Positions 13,536 to 26,017 of a DNA stretch of 64,000 nucleotides are shown piece by piece. The stretch comes from Centroscyllium fabricii (taxonomy: Eukaryota): NCBI GenBank assembly GCA_051313645.2, contig JBNRSN020000020.1:22878001-22942000 (forward strand), written 5' to 3'. The position numbers and the translations under genes were made by a program. How positions within the stretch are numbered: position 1 is the stretch's first letter; every line of letters starts with the position of its first letter. Under the pieces are notes generated by a model, which was given only the letters and a program-made list of their open reading frames with translations, did not search any database and had not been told where the DNA came from.

Positions 13536-14081
13536 AAAATAATTGATAGCGCTTGATTGCCATAATTCGTAAACAATCCCATTATTGTTGGTTTGCTCAT
13601 CTAGCAATTCCCATGATCCTTTGGTTCTCGGTCACCCCCTCCCCACCTCTGACTTTTCCCATCCACTTTCCCGACCGTAGTCCAGTTATCCCGCAGTCCT
13701 CTAACCACCCTTGAATTGAATACTGCACTTAGGCTCGACTTCATATGCAATGCCACAGGAGATGGGCTAGTATTTTTCTATTAATGAAAAAATCAAAATC
13801 AAGTACATTAGAGAGGCAAGCATTCCGACCATCATGTGGTTACTATAACCTACAGCATACACATTCTACAATCAAGTACCGCAATAAGAGGCACTGCCAA
13901 ATCTTCAGAAGTATTTAGCTACAATACAAACACGAATTGTGGACCACCACTACATTTTGGGCTGGTTGCAGTTCAAAATGTAATAACGGCTTTAATAAAT
14001 TTAATAGAGATGGTAATTTTACCTTCAGTAGCAATTGAAAAATTGTACTGGTAAGACTAAGAATCATATACACAAGTTTAC

Positions 14082-14189
14082 CTTATCACCAAGCTGTGGA
14101 ATTGCACACCCTTCCAGGTCTTTTATATGGTATGGTACGGTCATTCTTATCCCAGTTTCCTCATATGCAATGATTCCCTCTTCTGCATC
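14082..14189 (-). CDS. CSDE1: CSDE1 coding exon (108 nt): DAEEGIIAYEETGIRMTVPYHIKDLEGCAIPQLGDK
   Basis: Homologous to UNR EAEDGIIAYDDCGVKLTIAFQAKDVEGSTSPQIGDK; acceptor tag at 14190-14192, donor gtaaa at 14077-14081. Confidence 0.95.
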
Positions 14190-14517
14190 CTAAAGAGCGA
14201 CAAAACAGGACAAGTTCAGCAACAGTGGAAGCTACTCCCTGACACAACCCTACATGTTAACTACACCAGAGTTGGAAAAATTGTCTTCATTGTGCGATTC
14301 TCTGGTTCCTAAAAAAAAATCAACTATGTTCATCAAAAGTGGTGTAACAAAATATATGCATATATTTTTAATTCAAAGTTATTAAACTAACATGCAAAGT
14401 TTTTTCCAATCAATTTCAAACATGTCACCATTTAAAAAAAAAAAAAAAAAATTCTGTAAAGATCATTTTCCCCTCCAAAACAATACTTCCCAATATTTAA
14501 TACATTGTCTGGTTGAA

Positions 14518-15050
14518 AGCAGGGTCGGGAGGGTGCGAGGGAGCAGGGTCGGGAGGGTGCGAGGGAGCAGGGTCGGGAGGGTGCGAGGGAGCAGGGTCGG
14601 GAGGGTGCGAGGGAGCAGGGTCGGGAGGGTGCGAGGGAGCAGGGTCGGGAGGGTGCGAGGGAGCAGGGTCGGGAGGGTGCGAGGGAGCAGGGTCGGGAGG
14701 GTGCGAGGGAGCAGGGTCGGGAGGGTGCGAGGGAGCAGGGTCGGGAGGGTGCGAGGGAGCAGGGTCGGGAGGGTGCGATGGAGCAGGGTCGGGAGGGTGC
14801 GATGGAGCAGGGTCGGGAGGGTGCGATGGAGCAGGGTCGGGAGGGTGCGATGGAGCAGGGTCGGGAGGGTGCGATGGAGCAGGGTCGGGAGGGTGCGATG
14901 GAGCAGGGTCGGGAGGGTGCGATGGAGCAGGGTCGGGAGGGTGCGATGGAGCAGGGTCGGGAGGGTGCGATGGAGCAGGGTCGGGAGGGTGCGATGGAGC
15001 AGGGTCGGGAGGGTGCGATGGAGTAGGGTAGGGAGGGTTCGATGGAGTAC
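14518..15050 (+). repeat. 24-bp G-rich minisatellite, ~21-22 units (AGGGTCGGGAGGGTGCGA[G/T]GGAGC)
   Basis: 10 units with GCGAGGG, then 11 with GCGATGG, then a degenerate unit running into a CR1-type 3' UTR. Confidence 0.97.
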
Positions 15051-15224
15051 GGTGGGAGGAGGCTTGTGTGGAGCAGCATCACCGACATAGATCAGTTGGG
15101 ATGAATGACATGTTTCGGCACTGTAAACTCTACGCAGTCAAGTGTTGAACACGCAGTGATTTTACCATCACAAGATTACACGAGGAAGGTCATGAGACCT
15201 AATATTAGCTCATTCATCCAAAAC

Positions 15225-15606
15225 AGATTCGAGGGGCTGAATGGCCTCCTCCTGTTCCTATGCTTAGATAGAGGAGAGTAAATAAAGAGAAATTGTTTCC
15301 AATGGTTGAAGGGTCGATCACCAGAGGGCCGAGATTTAAAGGCGATTGGCAAAAGAACCAGAACAACATGAGGGAAAACTTTACGCAACAAGTGGGTAGG
15401 ATTTTGAATGCACTTCCCGAGGGCGGTGGATACAGATTCAATGGTCGCCTTTAAAACAGAATTGGATAAAAATACTTGAAGGAGAAAGAATTGCAGGGAT
15501 ATGGTGAAAAAGAGAAGGCGAGTGAGACGAACTGGATTGCTCCCTGAAAGAGCCGGCACAGACTCAATGGGCACGGCCTCCTTCTGGGCTGTATATGATT
15601 CTATGT
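15225..15606 (+). mobile_element. CR1 LINE 3' fragments
   Basis: 'gagaaattgtttccaatggttgaagggtcgatcaccagagggc...aaagagccggcacagactcaatggg' CR1 ORF2 end and 3' UTR. Confidence 0.75.
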
Positions 15607-15757
15607 TCCATCCAGAAAGATCTGCACTGCAGAAGCTAACTTTCTGAAAGGATTTTCAACACTACTCAATCTGAAAGTCAATTCCATGTGTTGATTATTG
15701 TGTGAACTACTTTGATAAATTTGCCTTTTATCTTTGAATCCTACTTGGTTTTGGTGT

Positions 15758-15895
15758 CTGATCTGACAAAAGGTCATCAACCTGAAACGTTAACGGTGTT
15801 TCTCTCTCCACAGATGCCGCCTAACTTCTGGAGTATTTCCAGCGTTTTCGTTTCTATTTCAGATTTTCAGCATCTGCAGTATTTTGATTCTGTAT
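15758..15895 (+). mobile_element. Penelope-like short repeat with degenerate minimal hammerhead motif
   Basis: CTGACAA-aaggtcatcaacct-GAAACGTT followed by 'tctctctccacagatgccgcc...gagtatttccagc...ttcagattttcagcatctgcagt'. Confidence 0.65.
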
Positions 15896-15962
15896 TGGTT
15901 TAGGTGTCAGCTGTCTCGCCTCTTTTTATTCAGAAAATGTTTCTAGTTATTTGGGAAGGCAG

Positions 15963-16341
15963 TAGAAACATAGAAACTAGGAGCAGGAGTAGGCCATTCG
16001 GCCCTTCGAGCCTGCTCCGCCATTCAATGAGATCATGGCTGATCATCCAAACCCAGTACCCCGCCCCTGCCCTCTCCCTATATCCCTATCGAGCCTGCAT
16101 CGACATATATTCCACCCTAACCCCACGTATTCAATCCCCCCGACACTAAGGGTCAATTTATCATGGCCAATCAACCTAACATCTTTGGACTGTGGGAGGA
16201 AACCGGAGCACCTGGAGGAAACCCACGCAGACACGGGGAGAATGTGCAAACTCCACACAGATAGTACCCGAGGCTGGATTTGAACCCGGGTCTCCAGAGC
16301 TGTGAGGCAACAGTGCTAACCACTGTGCCACCGTGCCGCCC
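15963..16341 (-). mobile_element. HE1-type tRNA-derived V-SINE
   Basis: Reverse complement starts GGGCGGCACGGTGGCACAGTGGTTAGCACTG; B-box GGTTCAAATCC; V-domain 'gtgtggagtttgcacattctccccgtgtctgcgtgggtttcctcc'; CR1/HER1-derived tail. Confidence 0.92.
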
Positions 16342-16374
16342 ACTATTAGTCGTTTTAATACCAGGATGCTAGTA

Positions 16375-16854
16375 CAGGTTGAGCACCGGAAATCCGGTAC
16401 GGGCGGGACCAGGCTCGTGCCGGGAAAATGAAAAAAACCGGCAGAAGTCGGTCAGTGCGCACACCATTCAAAATGGCCGCGCGCATGCGCACAATATTGG
16501 GAATGGCCGCCGGACGTCCTTGCGGAGTCTCCGCTGCGGTTTGTGCCTCCTGATGACAGCCAACAGGCTGCTCGGGGGAGCCGCGTGCTTCATCATGGCG
16601 GGCGCTCGGGACTCGCACATTCAAAACGCGGCGCGAGCCGCCGCGCCCCGACGCCACGGAAGGCCCGGCTCGTCCGGCTGCTGTTTTGAATGATCTGCGC
16701 ATGCACTCGCCGTTCGGCATCACATGCGCAGATCATTCGCCGAAGCCACGATCGCGGCTGCCATTTTGCGCATGCACAGTGCAGTCGGAGCAATTTGTTC
16801 CGGAAGACTGAAGCTGCCGGCGTTGCGAGTCACGGATTTCCGGTGCTCAACCTG
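16375..16854. mobile_element. Tigger/pogo-like MITE, copy 2
   Basis: TA flanks; perfect 22-bp TIR CAGGTTGAGCACCGGAAATCCG. Confidence 0.9.
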
Positions 16855-17346
16855 TACTTGTTTATATCCCCAACTTTCATGGTGAACTCCGATTTCCAAA
16901 AAACAGGAGTATATCCGAGAACATAGCTTTATATCGCTATTGTTGAGTTGAGGAAATCCTCGTGTCACATTTCATGCCCCTGTATTTTCTCCCTATTCTG
17001 TTTACTGCTATATGTCCCTTTCAGTTTTCCATGTAAACGTTCAATATTGTCTCACTCCAGGTAGGCAGATTGACATCCCAAGACATTTTCTTTACGACAC
17101 ACATTGCTATCCACTTTCCGGAGCAAAGAATCCTCATCAACTACAATCTCTGACCTACAGACATCAGAGCCCAGGATGTCTGCTCTGGTTTTCCAACTAC
17201 CATTTCTTCAGAAACCTTATTGAACATCTGCAATGCTGGAGAGTGCCTAGTAATATTATTGTAATCTTTTGTAGTTAACACAGGTTTACCTGCTTCTTTT
17301 GCCAGCCTTAATACATCCAATTCTACCCCCATTTCCTTGGCTTCTT

Positions 17347-17795
17347 GGTGTCAGCCAGGGCTCATGGGTAGCACTCTTGCTTCTCAGTCAGAAGGTTGAG
17401 AGTTCATGTTCCACTCGAGACTTGAGCACAAAAATCTAGGCCGACACTCCAGTACCGTGCGGAGGGAATGCTGCACGATCAGAGGCGCCGTCTTTTGAAT
17501 GAGTCATTAAACAGAGGCCTCGTCTGCTCTCACATGGGTGTTAAAGATCCCACGGCACTATTTCAAAGAGCAGGGGAGTTCTCCAGCAGTGTCCTGGTCA
17601 ATATATACCCTTCAACCAACACCTAAAAACAGATCATCTGGTCATCATTACATTGCTGTTTGTGGAAGCTTGCTGTGTGCATTTTCTACATCACAAGTGA
17701 AAAGTACTACACTTGAAAAGTATTTCATTGGTTGTAAAGCACTTTGGGACATCCAGAGTTTGTGAAAGGTACGATAGAAATGCAAGTTGTTCTTT
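17347..17795 (+). mobile_element. SacSINE1/Deu-type SINE, near full length
   Basis: tRNA-like head 'gggctcatgggtagcactcttgcttctcagtcagaaggttg', Deu core, tail 'gaaaggtacgatagaaatgcaagt'. Confidence 0.82.
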
Positions 17796-18670
17796 TTCTT
17801 TCGGCCCTTGTCTCTGTATCCTGACCATCCGATCTCTGGTTGTAATGGTTTCTACCTCCATCCCCTGATGGCTCACTCTCAAGGTCTCACATTAGTTCAA
17901 TCATTTCAGCGACCTGTGGTGACTGATTTACCGAGTCTAATGCTATTAATAACCCCCTCACTTTTGCCTACTCTTGTAATTTACAGCATTTTGCTCTCTG
18001 GGCAAAACCCTTCCTTTGAACTTACTGATTAGCAGACAGTTTTCTCATAAGTCTTCCATTATATCTGGCTTTGTTCATAAACATTCCAAAATGTAAATAG
18101 ACCATAGCCTCAATCTTAGACTAATTAGAGTGCTCCCTTTTAGTCTCATTACTCTTGTTTGACCCATTTTAAATTTACTTTCAGTCTTTTAGTTAATAAC
18201 TTTGTTCTAAATGTTCCCTTTTAATTCACTTCCCTCAGGTATCCTTTTAATTTTGACTTGTCTGTTTAGCCACTTTCGCCATCTATATCTCTGGCGTTCT
18301 TTCATCGTAGCTTTTCGCCACTCCTTGCCTTTAACATTAAATGCCATTTGGAAATACCTAATGCTATTCATCCCTTTATTTGAAACTCACACTCTTCAAG
18401 GCTTTGGGGAGGGGAACTCTCACTGAAATAGTCTACTGTACAAAACTTCCATTTTATCTTTCCTTTTAAACTAAAGTGGACATTATATTGTAACTGCATG
18501 GAATGCTTTGCCAGTAGGCAAGGCTTTCAGCCAGCCAGCCAAAAATGAGCAAAACTGAAAAATGTCCCACTCCATAGCATTAAGATGATCTTCTTTAGAA
18601 GACTGTTCTAGAACAGCTCATCATAGGTATACATTACAGTTCTGTAATCAGCTGCTATTCTATATAATGG

Positions 18671-19060
18671 GAACATAGGTACACGAGATGGCCATTCAGT
18701 CCGAGCCCATTCAATGAGATCATAGCTAATCTGTATCTTAACTCCATCTACCTGCTTTGGTTCCGTAACCCTTAAAACCTTGCCTCACAATCTGTACCAA
18801 GAGTTTTCTACTGCCCTGTGAAGAAGTGCTTCCTGACATCACCCCTGAACGGCCTGGCTCTAATTTTAAGGTTAGGCCCCTTGTTCTGGACCCCCCAGCA
18901 CCAGAGGAAATAGTTTCTCAACTCCTTTATCACCTCCATTAGATCATCCCTAATCTTTTATACTCAAGGGAATACAAGTCCTCATAATTTAACCCTTTTA
19001 GCTCCAGTATTAGTCTTGTGGATTTGCACTGCACCCCTGTCCAGAACCGAACGCAATACT
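18671..19060 (-). mobile_element. CR1 LINE 3' fragment, degraded
   Basis: 'ggaacatagg...ggccattcag...taatctgtatcttaactccatctacc' CR1 tail in reverse. Confidence 0.7.
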
Positions 19061-19062
19061 CG

Positions 19063-20130
19063 AAGGAAGTTGGCTGTGGTTGTTGGGTCATTCATCTCAA
19101 CCACAAGACATCACTGCAGGAGTTCCTCAGGGCAGTGTCCTAGGCCCAACCATCTTCAGCTGTTTCATCAATGACCTTCCCTCCATCATAAGGTCAGAAG
19201 TGGGGATATTCGCTGATGATTGCACACCGTTCAGCACCATTCGAGACTCATCAGATACTGACGCAGTCAGTGTCCATATGCAGCAAGACCTGGACAACAT
19301 TCAGACTTGGGCTGACAAGTGGCAAGTAACATTCGCACCACACAAGTGCCAGACAATGACCATCTCCAACAAGCGAGACTCTAACCATCTCCCTTTGACA
19401 TTCAATGGCATTATCATCGCTGAATCCCCCACTATCAACATCCTGGGGGGTTACCATTGATCAGAAACTGAACTGGACCAGCCATATAAATACTGTGGCT
19501 ACAAGAGCAGGCCAGAGGCTGGGAATTCTGCGGCGAGTGTCTCACCCCCGACTCCCCAAAGCCTTTCCACCATCGACAAGGCACAAGTCAGGAGTGTGAT
19601 GGAATACTCTCCACTTGCCTGGATGAGTGCAGCTCCAACAAGACTCCAGAAGCTCGACACCATTCAGGAGAAAGCAGGTCGCTTGATTGGTACTCTATCC
19701 ACCACCTTTCAACATTCCCTCCACCACCGGCGCACTGTGGCTGCAGTGTGTACCATCTACAAGAGAGTACCATCTACAAGATGCACTGCAGCAACTCGCC
19801 AAATCTCCTTCAACAGCACCTTCCAAACACGCGACCTCTACCACTTAGAAGGACAAGGGCAGCAGACGCATGGGAACAGCACCACCTACAAGTTCCCCTC
19901 CAAGCACCACACCATCCTGACTTGGAACTGTATTGCCGCTCCTTCACTGTCGCTGGGCCAAAATCCTGGAACTCCCTTCCTAACAACATTGTGGGTGTAC
20001 CTACACCATATGGACTACAGCGGTTCAAGGCGGCGGCTCACCACCATCTTCTCAAGGGCAATTAGGGATGGGCACTAAATGCAGGCCTAGCCAGCCAGCA
20101 ACGCCCACATCACATCAATGGATTAAAAAA
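19063..20130 (+). mobile_element. CR1-like LINE, 5'-truncated, young; near-identical to ~28312-29380
   Basis: RT motifs GVPQGSVLGPTIFSCFINDL and FADD; 3' UTR 'caagggcaattagggatgggcactaaatgcaggcctagccagcc'; (ATT)n tail. Confidence 0.92.
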
Positions 20131-20248
20131 ATTATTATTATTATTATTATTATTTTATTTTTTTTAAAGGGGTTTCACCAGAGCTTTATATGACTTCCAT
20201 AACTTCTACTCACTGATGTTCCAATTTCCTTGAGATAAAGGCCAACAT

Positions 20249-20374
20249 TCAGTTTTGACGAAAGGTCATTGACCTGAAACGTTAACTCGGTTTCTATCTC
20301 CACCGATGCTGCCTGGCCTGCTGAGTTTCTCCAGCGTTTTCTGTTGTTATTTCAGATTTCCAGCATCCCCAGTA
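20249..20374 (+). mobile_element. Penelope-like short repeat with minimal hammerhead motif, interrupted by MITE copy 3
   Basis: agtt-TTGACGA-a-aggtc/att/gacct-GAAACGTT-aact; element resumes 'ctttgct' after the MITE. Confidence 0.7.
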
Positions 20375-20731
20375 CAGGTGAAGTTCGTTAATCCGGCTCG
20401 GGCGGGACCAGGCCCGTACCGGACAAGTGAAAATCCCGAACGATTGAAATTTCGGCGAGCGCATGCGCAGACCATTCAAAATGGCTGCCGGCCTGGTCTG
20501 CGCATGCGCTGATCGTTCGGGGAGGCTCGCAGCGGCCAGGCTCACGGAGGCTCGCAGCGGCCAGGCTCGGCTATTGTGAATGATCTGCGCTCGCCGGCGC
20601 ATGCGCAGATCATTCGCCGAAGCATCGATCGTGGTGGCCATTTTGCACATGCGCGGTGCAGGCAGGCAAATTATTGCCGGACGTTCGAAGTTGCCGGTTT
20701 TTCGGGTGCTGGATCAACCAAGTTCAACCTG
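20375..20731. mobile_element. Tigger/pogo-like MITE, copy 3
   Basis: TA flanks; imperfect TIR CAGGT...; same subterminal 'gggcgggaccaggccc' and internal GCGCATGCGC motifs as the other copies. Confidence 0.82.
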
Positions 20732-20944
20732 TACTTTGCTATCGTATTCCATTAGTCTTACTTGTCCACTATCTTTCATTGACTTCTGTACCTGGACCCC
20801 TAAATATCTCTGCTCCACCAGTTTCTAGCTTTGCGCCATTTAGAAAATACTCGGATCAATCTTTCTTGGGTCTAAAGTGGATGACTATCGAGTCCCTGCT
20901 TTTGATAAACTTGTAATGGCACCGTTGTGCGTGCACGACTAGTG

Positions 20945-23548
20945 GGGCAGCACGGTGGCTAGCACTGTTGCCTTACAGCACTAGAGACCCGGGTTCAAAT
21001 CCAGCCTCGGGTACTATCTGTGTGGAGTTTGCACATTCTCCCTGTGTCTGCGTGGGTTTCCTCCGGGTGCTCCGGTTTCCTCCCACAGTCCAAAGATGTG
21101 CGGGTTAGGTTGATTGGCCAGGATAAATTGACCCTTAGTGTTAGGGGGATTAAATATGTGGGGTTACGGGGATAGGGTGGGATATGTGTCAGTGCAGGCT
21201 CGATAGGGATCGAGGGATATGGGTACAGGGCAGGGACAGGGTGCTGGGTTTGGATGATCAGCCATGATCTCGTTGACAATAGACAATAGACAATTACGGC
21301 ACTGAACAGGCCTTTCGGCCCACAAGTCATGCCGCCCCCTCCCTCCTGCCTCCCTATCTAATACCCTTCCGCCCCCATATAAATGTCCAGTTTTCTCTTG
21401 AACGCCTCCAGGCTGCTCGCCTCCACAATCTGTGCTGGCAGCCTATTCCACTCACTCACGACCCTTTGCGTGAAGAACCCCCCTCTTCCATCTCTTCTGA
21501 ACTTCCCTCCCTGTATTTTATACGAATGTCCTCTCGTGCCCGTCTCCCTCATCCTTGGAAATAGTCTTTGTACGTCCACCTGGTCAATACCCTTTATCAT
21601 CTTGAATACCTCTATCAGGTCTCCCCTGGACCTTCTTCTCTCCAGAGAGAACAGCCCCAGTTCCCTCAGTCTCTCTTCGTACGTCCTCCCCCCCCATCCC
21701 CGGCAGCATCCTCGTAAATCTCCTCTGCACTCTCTCCAGAGTCTCCACATCCTTCTTGTACCTAGGTGCCCAGAACTGAACGCAGTACTCCAAGTGTGGT
21801 CGCACCAGCGCTGTATACAGCCTTATCAACACCTCCCTGTCCCTAAACTCCAGGCCCCTGTTGATAAAGGCCAGTATCCCATAGGCATTCTTTGCCGCCC
21901 TGTCCACCTGAGTGGCCGCCTTCAGTGACCTATGAACATACACCCCCAGATCCCTCTGTTCTTCTGTTTCCTTTAGTACTTTCCCGTTTAGCCTATATTC
22001 CCTCCTTCCGTTCTTGCTGCCAAAGTGCATCACCTCGCACTTCTCAGCATTGAACTCCATCTGCCATCTCTCAGCCCATTCCTGCATTCCTTCAATGTCC
22101 CTCTGTAGTCTCTCCCCCCCTTCTTCCTCATCCACTTCTCCTCCTATTTTGGTATCGTCCGCAAACTTACTGACCCAACCCTCTGCTCCCTCCTCCAAGT
22201 CATTTATGAAGACAGCAAATAGTAGTGGACCCAGCACCGATCCCTGCGGAACCCCGCTGGTGACCGGTCTCCAACTGGAGTAACTTCCATCCACTACTAC
22301 CCTCTGTCTCCTCTCCGCTAGCCAGTTTTCTATCCAATTTGCTATTCTCCCATTTACCCCACACCCCCTTACTTTCCTCATCAGTCTTCCATGAGGAACC
22401 TTATCAAAGGCCTTGCTGAAATCCATATAGATTACATCCACTGCCTTTCCCTCATCCACACTCCTGGTCACTTCCTCGAAAAATTCAATCAGGTTCGTCA
22501 GACACGATTTTCCCTTCACAAATCCGTGCTGGCTGTTCCTGATGAATTTAATCTCCTCTAAGTGCCTGTACACCCTATCCCTCAGGACCCTCTCCATTAT
22601 TTTACCAACCACCGAGGTCAGGCTGATCGGTCTGTAGTTTCCCGGTTCCTCCCTGGACCCTTTCTTGAATAGTGGGACCACATTTGCCTCCCGCCAATCT
22701 CCCGGCACCACCCCTGCTGTTAGTGAGGCATCAAAGATTGAGGCCAAGGGTGCCGCAATTTCTTCTCTTACCTCCCATAGTATCCTCGGATACACCCCGT
22801 CAGGCCCAGGTGATTTATCTACCTTTAGCCGTTCTAGTATGCTTAGCACCTCCTCCCTCTGTATCCTCCCCCCCCCCCCCCCCCCCCCCCCATTTCCCCT
22901 TTCTGATCTACGGCTATCTCCTCTCCTTCCTGGTCCCTTTCCTTGGTGAATACTGATGCAAAGTATTCATTCAAGGTTTCGGCCATTTCTTCCTGTTCCA
23001 TACACATCCTCCCCTCCTCGTTCTTTATTGGCCCTATACTTTCCCTTTTCATTCTCTTACTTCTTACATAAGCATAGAATGCCTTTGGGTTCTCCTTAAC
23101 CTTTCCCGCCAGTGTTTTCTCATGTCCCCTCTTCGCCTTCCTTAGTTCTTTCTTCAATTCTCTCCTTGCCTCTTTATACTTTGCCCTCGTACCTGTGTCT
23201 TCTTTCCTCCTCATACTCCTGTAAGCCTCAGTTTTCTTTTTAACCAGCTGTATTACTTCTTTCGTACACCAGGGTTCCCTCCTCCTTTTCCCTTTACCCC
23301 TTCTACATGGTACATGTTTGTCCATGGCCTCCACTATGCGATCCCTGAACTCTTGCCATCTGACCTGTGGACAACCGTCCTTGGTTTCCTTTTCCCAATC
23401 CCATTTGCTCAAATCTTGCCTAACGCCCTCGTAGTTCCCTTTTCCCCAGCAATATACCCTCCTAGTCCTACTCTCCTCTTCTTTATCCATGTGGCGGAGC
23501 AGGCTCGGAGGGCCGAGTGGCCTACTCCTGCTCCTATCTTCTATGTTT
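20945..23548 (+). mobile_element. HE1-type SINE split by a LINE insertion (segments 20945-21275 and 23492-23548)
   Basis: Stops at 'ccatgatctcgttg' and resumes 'tggcggagcaggctc...ctatcttctatgttt', contiguous in the intact copies. Confidence 0.9.
21276..23491 (-). mobile_element. CR1 LINE, 5'-truncated young copy, ORF2 (reverse transcriptase)
   Basis: 421-aa ORF with KSPGPDG, NYRPISLTS, QHGF, YMDFSKAFDKV, GVPQGSVLGP, KFADDTK; frameshifts at C-homopolymers; (attgtct)n tail. Confidence 0.95.
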
Positions 23549-24878
23549 ACCTGGAGTCAAGTTTAATGTATTGCACTATGCACTATACCACATTGCTTTT
23601 AACTCAAAAGGAATTAGGACACATTCAAATCTTGATCACACTACACAATCTTAAAACATTATTTGCACTATTGGACATCCAACAAGTAGAGAAAATACTC
23701 AATACTTCTGAATGAAATGCAAGTATTCTACATTTCTGCTACACTGTACTTCATGCTATTAGTGAATCACATAAGTACACTCCATTATTTCAGAGCAAAT
23801 CTTTAGCAACTACATGAACAGGGGCAGATACTAAATTTTAACCATCTAGCAATACTGAATTTGCTGCAGCTATTCTATCGCTGCACCCTATTAATGATAC
23901 CATATACAGGCCAAGACAGCCCACATTATCCTCAAGAAACTTGAAACAACTGAAAGGTACTGCCACCACAGTAAACTAAATTCATGCAAGTCACATCTAA
24001 AGATGGAAATATATACCACTACTGCTAGATTTCACGGTGTACTTATTATGCAAGTAGGTCAGTATAACCCCCCCCCCATCAAAGAAATTGATATATTACC
24101 AAGAGCTGCTGTATATAAACACAACATAAATATACCCCAGAAAAAGTTCGGCATCTCAAGTTTAAATTTCGGCATTACAAGTTGCACATCTGGATGGCTC
24201 AATAATCCAAATGGAAATATCCAAATCAAGTTCCTGAATTCTACCTCAAATCTAAGTTTACCTTGCCTCATGGAGAGAGCACTTGTTAAATATAAAGCAA
24301 TCTTGCTAACTCCACTATCCCCAGTACAGGAAAATAGGCAACACCTTCAAGAGGCGACTGGATTAACCAGATACTCAGCACTCAAGCTTTGATAAATTCT
24401 ATCCACCATTTATATAAAATTACAATGCCATTTCAAAAACAGCAAAGCAACAATGCTAAGGAAAACTAATACTGGGACCAGACCTGGCCAGCTGTTCAAT
24501 TTAAGGCTCATAATTTACACTCATTTGCCTCTGCCCATTTAAAAGAAAATTTACATAGCATGTGCAGAATTGGAATCTTGAACAAGGTGATCCTGCAAGG
24601 AGCTAAGTTAGCATGCATGTTGGAATGATAAGATCACTGAAGCAATCCTGGGTTAAATGGTCCTCTACTGATGTCAGCTAGCTTTCTCAGTTTTAAGTCA
24701 GACTGCCATATCTGCACTGAAGACTGTAAAAGCCACTCAAACTGGCAAACTGCAGGGCAGTCTGTGAGCAGCTTCAGAGCAGTACCACACGTTGGAATCC
24801 TGTCTCAGGCATGGAAGCCAATTCAGAAGAAAGCACAACAATGTTACTACTGGCCCAGCTCAAACAACAGATGGGATA

Positions 24879-25396
24879 CAGGTTGTGCACCATTAATCCG
24901 CCACGGGCGGGACCAGGCCCGTGCCGGGAAATGGAAAAAACCGGGAGAACGAGGTTGGACACTGCACATGCGCACCATTCAAAATGGCCGCGCACATGCG
25001 CGCAACATTGGGATTGGTTGGCGCGCGCATGCGCAGATCGGGCCCGGGTCCGCCGTCCCTCTCCATCGCCTTTCGGGTTGCTGCTGCCGCCGAGCCGGAC
25101 TCAGGCTGACAGCTGTTGCCTAGTGACTGTCCACCTCAGTCACGGGGCTCAGCTGTGGAGAAAATAACCGGCGGCCGTATTGAATTATCTGCGCATGCGC
25201 TAACCGTCCGGCGACGCATGCGCAGATCATTCAAAACCCCGGCAGCTGTTTTGAATGATCTGCGCATGCGCAGATCATTCGCTGAAGCCACGATGGCGGC
25301 GGCCATCTTGCGCATGCGCAGTGCAGTCGGGGCAATTTGTGCCGGCAGACTGAAGCTGCCGGCTATTCGGGACACGGATTTTTGGTGCACAACCTG
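24879..25396. mobile_element. Tigger/pogo-like MITE, copy 4
   Basis: TA flanks; TIR CAGGTTGTGCACCA(TT/AA)AATCCG. Confidence 0.9.
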
Positions 25397-26005
25397 TATT
25401 AACTTTGGCCTCGTGTTGGATCCAAGTCCACAGAGAACATAGCTAGGAATTCTACTGCAAGCCCAAGTAAAACAGAATTTATGACCACATTCACCTATGT
25501 CAGTTTTTTGTGCCTTTTAAGAAAACAGCTTTTCTAGGCTCAATTTAATACAACAAAATTATTCATCCTGTGAAGAATGCGAATTAGGTGTTAATCAGAT
25601 CATCATTTGTCTCGTTTCACCTTGCACAAGACATTTATATGTTATGCAGAAATTATAAAGTTAAGGCATGTTTCTGTAAAGTTGATTAAAGTAGTTAGGC
25701 AGAATGCAATCCACAAATATCACAACGTGCATTTTGGATAAGCGAAGAGAAATTAATTTGAGCCAATAACTAGTTCACAGTAAGGCCCTACAATTCATTA
25801 TTTAGAGATCTGAAAATGTCCATAGGGTTTTTGCAGAAGGATTCAATTAACTTCACTACAAATATTAAATCAGTACCCCCGTCAAGCCATGCCAAAACTC
25901 CAGTTGCCACTTACACCAAAGCATCACAACCTAAACGTACCCAATCATGAAAGGCAACATGCATTTTACTGATGTGACAAACAGTATTTGAAAGGATTCC
26001 CATAC

Positions 26006-26017
26006 CTTTTCCTTTTT
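26006..26017 (-). CDS. CSDE1: Candidate CSDE1 12-nt microexon, AAA AAG GAA AAG (KKEK)
   Basis: tttgcttgttcag|AAAAAGGAAAAG|gtatgg; phase 0/0 fits between ...KSKEK and DAEEG...; long pyrimidine tract; TGC near the acceptor; TGCATG ~45 nt downstream. Confidence 0.8.

Noticed and set aside
14518-15050. CRISPR-like array
   Set aside because: Contiguous tandem units with no unique spacers, in a eukaryotic intron
14392-15090. Long repetitive ORFs (RVGRVRGS, GSGGCEGA, MEQGREGA)
   Set aside because: Translations of a stop-free 24-bp minisatellite, open in several frames on both strands; not a gene
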